Shown piece by piece: positions 1-6,810 of a stretch of DNA of 64,000 nt; positions within the stretch are counted from its first letter, which is position 1; each line of letters begins with the position of its first letter. The position numbers and the translations under genes were made by a program. The notes under the pieces were generated by a model. It made no database searches. It was not told the DNA's origin and saw only the letters and a list, made by a program, of their open reading frames with translations. Source of the DNA: Patescibacteria group bacterium (GTDB lineage: Bacteria; Patescibacteriota; Minisyncoccia; Phycocordibacterales; DATDWN01); the NCBI GenBank assembly GCA_040384485.1, contig JAZKJH010000003.1, forward strand, positions 71,556-135,555, read 5' to 3'.

Positions 1-313
1 CTTTTACAATGGGTATTTTGGCAGTAAAAAGATATGCACTTTCTTCTGGTAAAGACATTTTTACATACTCCAGACTCAATTCATTTTTAAGCTCCAGTAG
101 TAACTTTACAACAGAGGGCTTGTTCTTTATTTGACCGCCCACCACACTACCTTTTTCCAAAAACTTCTCAGAGTATTTGTCTATATATACCGTATCACCC
201 TTTTTTTTAAACAAAATACAGCGTATAGAAGCGTCTGTTATGGACACACCAGCAAAAGGTATTTCCAAAAAAAGAGGTGGAGGAAAATGATTTAAAATTT
301 TACTAAAAGTCAT
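1..313 (-). CDS. Type IV pilus assembly protein PilM-like, N-terminal part (gene continues beyond window start)
   Basis: Reverse translation from ATG (complement of 311-313) gives MTFSKILNHFPPPLFLEIPFAGVSITDASIRCILFKKKGDTVYIDKYSEK..., typical of the PilM/actin-like ATPase N-terminus. No stop before the window edge. Not in the ORF track because it is incomplete. Confidence 0.55.
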   Translation of the reverse strand, partial: MTFSKILNHFPPPLFLEIPFAGVSITDASIRCILFKKKGDTVYIDKYSEKFLEKGSVVGGQIKNKPSVVKLLLELKNELSLEYVKMSLPEESAYLFTAKIPIVK

Positions 314-357
314 TCCCTAAATTATACAACAAAGGATTTCTTACACCTAGGGAAAAA

Positions 358-693
358 CTAAACTGCAGAGCTTCCTGGTGACACCTTAGAACTTACCTCA
401 AGCAAAGAAAAGAAATTTTTATCACCTTCCCCACTTACTGCTAGGATCATTGCCTGACTTTCAAGTCCCATCATTTTTCTAGGCTCTAGATTTGTGGCAA
501 AAGCGCATTTTTTACTCACCAGATTTTCAGGATTTTCGAAATGTTTTGCGATTCCTGACAAAACTTGTCTTGGCGCCTCTTCCCCAAAATCCACAGACAA
601 CCTTAAAAGCTTTTCAGAGCCTTCAATTTTTTCTGCACTGAGTATGTGACCTATTTTTATTTCTATTTTTTTAAAATCCTCTATTGAAATCAT
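358..693 (-). CDS. tRNA-binding domain protein (CsaA/Trbp111/EMAP-like)
   Basis: 111 aa; conserved tRNA_bind-type OB-fold sequence (KIEIKIGHILSAEKIEGSEKLLRLSVDFGEE...GIAKHF). Confidence 0.6.
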   Translation of the reverse strand: MISIEDFKKIEIKIGHILSAEKIEGSEKLLRLSVDFGEEAPRQVLSGIAKHFENPENLVSKKCAFATNLEPRKMMGLESQAMILAVSGEGDKNFFSLLEVSSKVSPGSSAV

Positions 694-697
694 GGTT

Positions 698-1078
698 TTA
701 TTTTTGTTTGTTTAAAAAGCTTGTAAGTATTATAGCTGCAGCAGAAGCATCATTCATGTCGTTGGAACCTTGCAAATGCTGGGCCTCAATCGACGTAAGA
801 AGTTCTGGATACAGGTGCACATCTACTCCAATTTCTGTTTTTATCTTTTCCAGGAACGGGTGAACTTGCTTCATTATCTCATTTTCTTTTTGAGAAAAGT
901 CTTTAGATTCCCCCACCACAACATCTGTAATCTCTTTTTCCTTACAAATGGCCTTTATTTTATCGAACAAACTGTCATCGTTGTCTAAAACAGCCAGCGG
1001 AAATGCCATAGAATGCGTCAAATCACTTATCGCAATCCCGAGCCTTTTACTGCCATAATCAATGCCTAAATATCTCAT
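698..1078 (-). CDS. ruvX: Putative pre-16S rRNA nuclease / Holliday junction resolvase-like YqgF (RuvX)
   Basis: MRYLGIDYGSKRLGIAISD N-terminal RNase H-like motif typical of YqgF/RuvX; 126 aa. Confidence 0.8.
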   Translation of the reverse strand: MRYLGIDYGSKRLGIAISDLTHSMAFPLAVLDNDDSLFDKIKAICKEKEITDVVVGESKDFSQKENEIMKQVHPFLEKIKTEIGVDVHLYPELLTSIEAQHLQGSNDMNDASAAAIILTSFLNKQK

Positions 1079-1125
1079 TTCCTCTAGTGTATATTAAAAT
1101 TGCTTTTTAACCAATTTTTGCTATT

Positions 1126-1359
1126 ATGACCTGCATGAACCCTTTGTTTATTGAAGGTTTTCCAATATGGTTGCTGATAGTAATTCTTATTTGGTCATTA
1201 TTTTGGAAAGGAATGGCTTTATGGAAAGCTGCCCAACTCTCACATAAAAATTGGTTCATAATAATTCTACTGATTAATACATTGGGAATATTGGATATAA
1301 TATACATCCGATTCATTGCCACAAAATATACTGTAGAAACAATAGAAGAGACTAAGTAA
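1126..1359 (+). CDS. Small hypothetical membrane protein (2 TM)
   Basis: 77-aa ORF with two hydrophobic segments; immediately upstream of tRNA-Ser. Confidence 0.35.
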   Translation: MTCMNPLFIEGFPIWLLIVILIWSLFWKGMALWKAAQLSHKNWFIIILLINTLGILDIIYIRFIATKYTVETIEETK

Positions 1360-1362
1360 CAC

Positions 1363-1449
1363 GGATGGATGGCTGAGTGGTCTAAAGCAACAGTCTTGAA
1401 AACTGTCACCTGGGCAACTGGGTCGTGAGTTCGAATCTCACTCCATCCG
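1363..1449 (+). tRNA. tRNA-Ser (anticodon TGA), long variable arm
   Basis: Acceptor GGATGGA/TCCATCC with discriminator G. Anticodon loop CTTGAAA (U33, TGA, A37). Long variable arm; T-loop GGGTCGTGAGTTCGAATCTCAC. Confidence 0.85.
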
Positions 1450-1456
1450 CAAACAG

Positions 1457-1478
1457 AAACCGCGAAAGCGGTTTTTTG
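1457..1478 (+). terminator. Rho-independent terminator after tRNA-Ser
   Basis: aaaccgcgaaagcggtttttt hairpin plus T-run. Confidence 0.7.
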
Positions 1479-1716
1479 TTTGGATTGGAAGCAAAGTGTG
1501 GGACACTTTGCGTGTGGATTCGAAAGACGGAGCGGTTTACAGTCTCAACAGAGACTGTCGCGAGTCAGGGTCGTGGAATTTTTCTTGTGACGACAAGAAA
1601 AATCTCCCTGACCGAATCTCACTCCATCTTTGAGCAACTAAATTATCCCTGACCGCATCTCACTTAATCCGTACTCCTCTTTCTCATCCCCACCACTCCT
1701 GTAATAAAATCTTGTT

Positions 1717-2154
1717 TTGTACGTTATAATAAAACATATGAATAAAAATATTATATCAACCATTATTGTGGTTTTAATTATTATAGGTGGAGTTTATTGG
1801 TTTAACTCAAGCAAAAAAGTAGTAGATACAACAAATGAATCCCCTGTTGTTAATTCCGGTGAGAACACTAGTCAACCTGGGGCAACGATGCCAGGTTTAC
1901 CGGCGGAACCTGCTGCTACTGAGGCCAGAAAAGATCTTGCTTTAAAACTCAATACTGATGAAAACAATATTCTAATTATGCAGGTTGTGGAAGTTACATG
2001 GAACGACGGATGTTTAGGCCTGGGCAGAGCTGACGAAGGATGTATGCAAGCACTTGTTCCAGGATTCAAGGTTGAGTTATTTGCAAAAGGAAAACTCTAT
2101 ATATACAGAACAGACAAAACTGGTTCTAGCTTAAGAGCTGAAACCGCGATATAG
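1717..2154 (+). CDS. Hypothetical membrane-anchored/secreted protein
   Basis: 145 aa (alternative start MNKNI at 1738); N-terminal hydrophobic helix IISTIIVVLIIIGGVYW, Pro/Ala-rich linker, Cys-containing C-terminal domain; followed by a strong terminator. Confidence 0.5.
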   Translation: MYVIIKHMNKNIISTIIVVLIIIGGVYWFNSSKKVVDTTNESPVVNSGENTSQPGATMPGLPAEPAATEARKDLALKLNTDENNILIMQVVEVTWNDGCLGLGRADEGCMQALVPGFKVELFAKGKLYIYRTDKTGSSLRAETAI

Positions 2155-2168
2155 AAAATCAAATAAAA

Positions 2169-2243
2169 ACCACTCAACAAATTGTTGAGTGGTTTTTTAT
2201 ATAAAATAAAACCCCTGCGTCACAGTTAAGTGCGCAGAGGTTG
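2169..2243. terminator. Back-to-back terminators between convergent genes
   Basis: ccactcaacaaattgttgagtgg + T-run terminates the plus gene. cccctgcgtcac..gtgcgcagagg hairpin followed by a T-run on the minus strand terminates the Ubl operon. Confidence 0.6.
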
Positions 2244-2263
2244 TTGAAAAAACAAAGAACTAG

Positions 2264-2515
2264 TTAGTTACCTCGAACCTTGGAGAAGACCAGGATCTGG
2301 TCGCCATCCTCCATGCTGCCGGTGAGGCTGCTGATCTTGGTGCCGTTAACTCGGACATCGAGGGAATCGCCTCGACCCGAACCACTGAGTCCGGCCTTTT
2401 CGAGACCGTCCTGGTAGGTACTTCCGGCGCTCATGGTGTAAGACGTGATCTTTCCACCAGGGAATGCGCCGATTTTCACAGTGATTGCCTTTTCAGTTGT
2501 ACGCGGTGCTGCCAT
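2264..2515 (-). CDS. Ubiquitin-like beta-grasp protein (ThiS/MoaD/Ub-like), C-terminus ...KVRGN
   Basis: 83 aa from ATG at 2515, preceded by AAGGAGAAGAG SD. The track ORF extends to a TTG at 2569, which I consider less likely. Sequence MAAPRTTEKAITVKIGAFPGG...DGDQILVFSKVRGN has beta-grasp-like spacing; last residues Gly-Asn. Higher GC than the flanking genome. Confidence 0.6.
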   Translation of the reverse strand: MAAPRTTEKAITVKIGAFPGGKITSYTMSAGSTYQDGLEKAGLSGSGRGDSLDVRVNGTKISSLTGSMEDGDQILVFSKVRGN

Positions 2516-2572
2516 TACTCTCTTCTCCTTGGGTTGACGGACATTCGTTAACGTACTGCATTCGAACAATGA

Positions 2573-3271
2573 CTAGAAGTTAGAGGTGTTAACCATCATG
2601 GGCTGAAGTGAAAAAATAATTTCATTCTCCACTTCATCCACAACAGCTTTGCCAACCTTTAACTCTTCTTGACCTTGATGCCAGCGAATTAGCTGCCAAA
2701 CAGCAAGACCTGAAACCACTTCAGCAGTGGACCCAACACTAATGCTGGTTCCACATGCGGAGACCTCGGCCACATCATCGGAATAAAGAGTTTCCTCCCA
2801 TCCCCTGACTTGTCCTGGGTTTGATGGATTCAGAGTATAAATACGTCCACTGTTCTTCCCCATGCGAGTCTCAATCATGAGCTTCACATAGGTTTTGTAT
2901 TTTAGTCCCGTCTTCCAGATCTCCTGGCGAGATGCCATGGTATCGGTCAGAAGGAAAACTACGTCACCAAGACGTTGTGATCCGTCTACTTTTTCTGGAT
3001 GAACAGAAACTTCTGTTCCAGTCTGCTCCCTGATGATATTCATCAAGGCATCGACCTTGGACATGCCGACATGGTTGTTGCCAAAGATTTGATTCGGCAC
3101 GTTGTGTGCCTCAACCTTGTCATAATCCCAAATATGAATATTCGGGATACCAAGCTTGGCGAGTCCCAAAGCGATACGCGAACCGGTCGCTCCAACTCCC
3201 ACTACATCAACCCTTTGATCCCCAAATGTCTCTGGGGAAAAAACTTCGATGTGTCGCATTGTGTCTAGCAA
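2573..3271 (-). CDS. E1-like adenylyltransferase (ThiF/MoeB/E1 superfamily), short form
   Basis: Rossmann VDVVGVGATGSRIALGLAKLG; E1 signature DYDKVEAHNVPNQ; candidate catalytic Cys in EVSACGTSISVG. TTG start with GGAGG SD 5-6 nt upstream; stop is 4 nt from the Ubl ORF. Confidence 0.7.
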   Translation of the reverse strand: MLDTMRHIEVFSPETFGDQRVDVVGVGATGSRIALGLAKLGIPNIHIWDYDKVEAHNVPNQIFGNNHVGMSKVDALMNIIREQTGTEVSVHPEKVDGSQRLGDVVFLLTDTMASRQEIWKTGLKYKTYVKLMIETRMGKNSGRIYTLNPSNPGQVRGWEETLYSDDVAEVSACGTSISVGSTAEVVSGLAVWQLIRWHQGQEELKVGKAVVDEVENEIIFSLQPMMVNTSNF

Positions 3272-3283
3272 TTAACCCTCCTT

Positions 3284-4045
3284 TTATTGTCGTGGTCCAA
3301 AGACACCAGTAAAAAACCATGGTTTGTGCTTGTACTTGTAACCTTTGCCGATCTTCATCGGCATTGGGCGCAAATACTTCACCTTAGCCTGCATTTCAGC
3401 TAGAAGATCTTGCTTCAGTTGTTGATAAACTGCGTTACTGACCCTGGGTCCTTTGACTTTCCACGGCAACTTATCGAACTGAACATTGTTCTTCCAGTCA
3501 TAGAGACTGAAGCTAACTTCTCCTCTGCGGTTAAAAATACCGCGAAGGAAAAAATCAGATCCAAAATCCCGAAACGTATTCATGGTCATATCATCCTGAC
3601 CAGATGGTTCAGTACCACCTGTACCGTGTGAATGACCCCAAAAACGAATGTTGTTAAAAATATCTTCGCCGTTTGGACGTGTGAGCACGTCTTGCATGAC
3701 ACTTGCCATGCTATCCGTATTCAGTTCTGTTTGACCATAGTTAACACTCTGGTCAAACAAAAAGATATCGTCAACAAGAACGTGTTTTCCTAATTTTTTG
3801 GCAGTGCCAAGCCATCCAACTTCCATCTCGATGGCACTGATGATTATGTAAATCTTCAGAATGGCCAGATGACTCAAACTAACAACAGGTATCACGTCGG
3901 GAAGACGCAACATCCTTGCTGAAGTAGGAAACTGTCTCGGCAAAAGAAAACTGTCGGCTTGGGTCCTTGAAATATCCCAACCTGGACCTTGGTCTTCCTT
4001 AGCTATCTCGTCTTTTTCCTCTAGTTCTGGAGCGGCATGATCCAC
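3284..4045 (-). CDS. JAB/JAMM (MPN+) metalloprotease-like deubiquitinase/desulfurase candidate with ~110-aa N-terminal extension
   Basis: EMEVGW ... FWGHSHGTGGTEPSGQD fits E-x(n)-HxHx7Sx2D exactly. GTG start with AAGGAG SD; its stop overlaps the SD of the E1 gene (translational coupling). Confidence 0.7.
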   Translation of the reverse strand: MDHAAPELEEKDEIAKEDQGPGWDISRTQADSFLLPRQFPTSARMLRLPDVIPVVSLSHLAILKIYIIISAIEMEVGWLGTAKKLGKHVLVDDIFLFDQSVNYGQTELNTDSMASVMQDVLTRPNGEDIFNNIRFWGHSHGTGGTEPSGQDDMTMNTFRDFGSDFFLRGIFNRRGEVSFSLYDWKNNVQFDKLPWKVKGPRVSNAVYQQLKQDLLAEMQAKVKYLRPMPMKIGKGYKYKHKPWFFTGVFGPRQ

Positions 4046-4165
4046 AGACTAACTCCTTGTTTTGATGTAAATGTTCACTTCCTACAAAACAGACTACATA
4101 ACTATGCCTATTCTGTCAAGTCCAATTTTGGAGCATGTCGGTAACCCTTGTTATATTTATTAATA

Positions 4166-4208
4166 TGTGTTATGGTATAAAAGGAAAGTCACCCGTGGGT
4201 TAACCCAC
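4166..4208 (+). promoter_or_regulatory. Promoter-like TGGTATAAA (-10) followed by perfect 14-bp palindrome GTGGGTTAACCCAC (candidate operator) just upstream of the RBS
   Basis: tatggtataaaagg (extended -10-like). GTGGGTTAACCCAC at 4195-4208 is its own reverse complement. AAGGAG RBS and ATG at 4221. Confidence 0.45.
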
Positions 4209-4220
4209 AAGGAGCACTGA

Positions 4221-4787
4221 ATGAACACTGCGACGATTGAAATCCCCCGATATGGAAGTCTCAAACTGCACTATGCGACTATGTGCATAGTGGTGTTGGG
4301 CACAATGTTTCAAGTGGGACATTTTGCTGAACATGCTGTGCAGTTTGGAATGTGGCTATTCAGTGACAGGTCAATGCCCTGGATGTCAACGTGGGCAATG
4401 TATCTCGTCCACCAGATTGGTCATTGGGCTGTGCCCGATGCATCTGGTGCAAGGCAGATGGCTGTCGGGATGGAACTGCTTCATCTCGTCGGCAATGGTA
4501 TCTTCTTGGTGACCATTGCTGCTTTTTACAAACATTCACCAACCAAACTTGTACGACAGGCATTTTACGTTGAGGGTTTTCATCTAATTGAGCACTTGTT
4601 GCTCACCTTCTCTGTAATCTATCTGGGAAAACCAATCGGGTTCAGTACTCTATTTGGTAACAGTTCACTTGTTTGGGACAAAGAAGGAGTTGTTGGTTAC
4701 AGGGTGTTTTGGCACTTCGCCATGAATCTCGTACCTTCAATTCTCATCATGAAAGCCATGATGAACATGAGGTCAAAAACTCAATAA
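4221..4787 (+). CDS. Hypothetical His/Trp-rich polytopic membrane protein
   Basis: 188 aa, ~5 hydrophobic helices, repeated HxxxH / H-W motifs (GHFAEHAVQFGMW, HQIGHWAVP, HLIEHLLL); strong terminator downstream (ggtccatgctttcgcatggacc + T-run). Confidence 0.55.
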   Translation: MNTATIEIPRYGSLKLHYATMCIVVLGTMFQVGHFAEHAVQFGMWLFSDRSMPWMSTWAMYLVHQIGHWAVPDASGARQMAVGMELLHLVGNGIFLVTIAAFYKHSPTKLVRQAFYVEGFHLIEHLLLTFSVIYLGKPIGFSTLFGNSSLVWDKEGVVGYRVFWHFAMNLVPSILIMKAMMNMRSKTQ

Positions 4788-4807
4788 AGTTTTCCTGTTT
4801 CAATACT

Positions 4808-4876
4808 CGGTCCATGCTTTCGCATGGACCGATTTTTTTATAAAAAAACAACCCCGTTTATAAGCGGGGTTGGTAA
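4808..4876. terminator. Two face-to-face rho-independent terminators
   Basis: ggtccatgc-tttc-gcatggacc + Ts (plus strand). caaccccg-tttataa-gcggggttg with A-run upstream (serves the minus strand 579-aa gene). Confidence 0.7.
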
Positions 4877-4884
4877 GCCTAATC

Positions 4885-6624
4885 TTAACGGGCGCTGCGT
4901 AACTTAGTTACTATTGCTTCGCCAGTTTGTCGGCTATCAAAACTTCTCAAAAAATCCAAAGACATAGTCACAACAGTCTCTAGTTCAAGTCCGCCCAATA
5001 ACTCTGGAAAGGTGGACGTAAGTTGACCTAATGGCAACTCCCCACTTTCTCCACGCAATTGTGGTGACTGAAACACGCTACCGTCTGCAAACCATATCGG
5101 TAGAAGGTTTTTGAACGTGTTAACTCCGGTGGAGAAATTATACTCGAGTGTAAAATCTCCAATCCAGTAAGAAAGACCGGTAGCAACGTCAGTTGCCTTC
5201 AGTTTTTTTGTCTCAACCTTCAAGACGTCGTCCTTGATTGAAACTTTCTTAACACCATCAAGCTTTTGAACCTCAGCAACTCGTTTCTGGATTAGAGTTG
5301 TGATGCTGTAAACCAGAACTGGAGGCTTTCCTCTTCCAACCAGCTGTTCTTTGGTCTCGAGGTGTTCTCCAAGAGTCTCTGCAAGAGTTCCTTTAAGGAT
5401 AGCCGCCTGGTCAGGTCTTACTCCCTTTCTGGCCTCCAAAAGATCTCTCTCGATTTTAACCCTATTACTTCCGTGGGTTTCTTTAAAGACGCTGATGAAT
5501 CCTGCTTTCACCGTCCTGTCCAAAGCATCCTTCTTTACTGGATACACCATTCTCTTTTCAACAACTGGAAACAGTTCCAGAATTTTCTGATAAGAAATGT
5601 TCTCATTAACTGACTCTACTGCCTTAAGTGAAAAGAGTAGAGCAGCTTCGAACTCAAAATCTCTCAAAAGAGTGAGGATGCCTCTACCCTCTCCATGGCA
5701 CCACTCTCCACCCAAACGGTCTACGTGTGGATGTCCATACTTACCAGAATACCCACCATATTCATGATATGGTCGGCGTGACTTGTTGACAAAGACCGCC
5801 TGACCCCCGTCCCCAAAAGTAAGTTTGATTTCGAATTCACCAAACTCATGAATCTTCTTGGTTTGCGAGTGTTCACAATACATTGGGTGTGTGGTAATTA
5901 ACAGTTGAGTCCCGTCAACTCTGATGTCTTTCACTTCGGGGATTTTGTAGAGGTTATCGATGACTCGATCCGACTCTAATGTATCACCCCCAAGTTTTTT
6001 AAGTTGTGCCTCTAAGGCAACAGCTTGAGTGACTGAACCCACCATTTTTTTTCGATGCACCACCACCAAAGACTTCAAGGGTTGAAGAATCTTGGTGTTT
6101 GGAGCAACGAAGTTACCTTCATACATCTCTTCCAAAGTGGGAAATGCTCCCCACCCAAGAAGTATTAACGTCTCACGCAAAATCTTTCTGTAAATATCGA
6201 GACGTGCCTCAGTAACTGTTCCACCAACAACAGGAAACAGCACATACAACTCATTCTTGTTGATGAGCTCTGCGACTGCATATCCACTTGTCGGATCAAC
6301 AATCACCATGCCTTTTCCAGAAGGTTCAAACAAATAGCCTAACTCGATGTTCGCCTGTCCAGCTACTGATAAACCCCACATCTTTGAGGGAATATCCTGA
6401 AATCCGGCTTCGTTACGAGCCCTGCTATAAAGATGGATTATGAAAGAGGACCTGTCTCTCCTGCCCGGTGGATTATGTTCACCCTGGACATCCCACAGAT
6501 ACAAATCCTCAACTCCATTAACTTCAAACGGTCGACCGACAGTACTTCTGGTGACTTCCAGAAACCTATCCTTCGTCTCGTACCCATGTCCCCAATTGTG
6601 TGGTCTGATATTCATCCCCAACAC
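4885..6624 (-). CDS. Large hypothetical protein with candidate E2/UBC-like active-site motif (YGHPHVDRLGGEWCHGEG)
   Basis: 579 aa. The central segment has HP[NH]-V-D-x6-C spacing similar to the UBC HPN-loop/catalytic Cys (HPNIDSNGSICLDIL). No other recognisable domain from sequence alone. Confidence 0.4.
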   Translation of the reverse strand: MLGMNIRPHNWGHGYETKDRFLEVTRSTVGRPFEVNGVEDLYLWDVQGEHNPPGRRDRSSFIIHLYSRARNEAGFQDIPSKMWGLSVAGQANIELGYLFEPSGKGMVIVDPTSGYAVAELINKNELYVLFPVVGGTVTEARLDIYRKILRETLILLGWGAFPTLEEMYEGNFVAPNTKILQPLKSLVVVHRKKMVGSVTQAVALEAQLKKLGGDTLESDRVIDNLYKIPEVKDIRVDGTQLLITTHPMYCEHSQTKKIHEFGEFEIKLTFGDGGQAVFVNKSRRPYHEYGGYSGKYGHPHVDRLGGEWCHGEGRGILTLLRDFEFEAALLFSLKAVESVNENISYQKILELFPVVEKRMVYPVKKDALDRTVKAGFISVFKETHGSNRVKIERDLLEARKGVRPDQAAILKGTLAETLGEHLETKEQLVGRGKPPVLVYSITTLIQKRVAEVQKLDGVKKVSIKDDVLKVETKKLKATDVATGLSYWIGDFTLEYNFSTGVNTFKNLLPIWFADGSVFQSPQLRGESGELPLGQLTSTFPELLGGLELETVVTMSLDFLRSFDSRQTGEAIVTKLRSAR

Positions 6625-6704
6625 TGTCTCCTTTTGATAAGATTACAAGGTTCGAATCCTTCAATACTAAATCATGTACTGAATAAAAAGTCAAATCCAT
6701 GGAC

Positions 6705-6740
6705 TTGACAAAGCACCACTTTTAGTATTCTATTATTAGG
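6705..6740 (+). promoter_or_regulatory. Sigma70-like promoter for the FAD-oxidoreductase gene
   Basis: TTGACA-n17-TTCTAT/TATTAT upstream of AAAAGGAG RBS and ATG at 6811. Confidence 0.4.
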
Positions 6741-6810
6741 CAATACCCTAGGTAAGACTCGGGTACACAAGTTCTTTGAAAATCACACTGCCAAAAGGAG
6801 ACTCTCGTCA

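Noticed and set aside
1425-1652. 75-aa ORF on the plus strand
   Set aside because: It starts inside tRNA-Ser and runs through the terminator and tRNA-derived repeat debris. It has no RBS, so it is an artefact.
2516-2569. N-terminal extension of the Ubl ORF (MFECSTLTNVRQPKEKRV)
   Set aside because: It begins with TTG and has no SD. The ATG at 2515 has a strong AAGGAG SD, so the extension is probably untranslated leader.
2264-3271. Housekeeping ThiS/ThiF or MoaD/MoeB cofactor-biosynthesis pair
   Set aside because: Several points argue against it: there is no thiG/thiH/thiO, moaE/moaA or cysM partner nearby. The Ubl C-terminus is ...RGN rather than a free GG. A JAMM protease is coupled to the pair, and the genes sit on a compositionally foreign island. 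A CysO/QbsE-like sulfur-carrier role cannot be excluded and is listed as an alternative.
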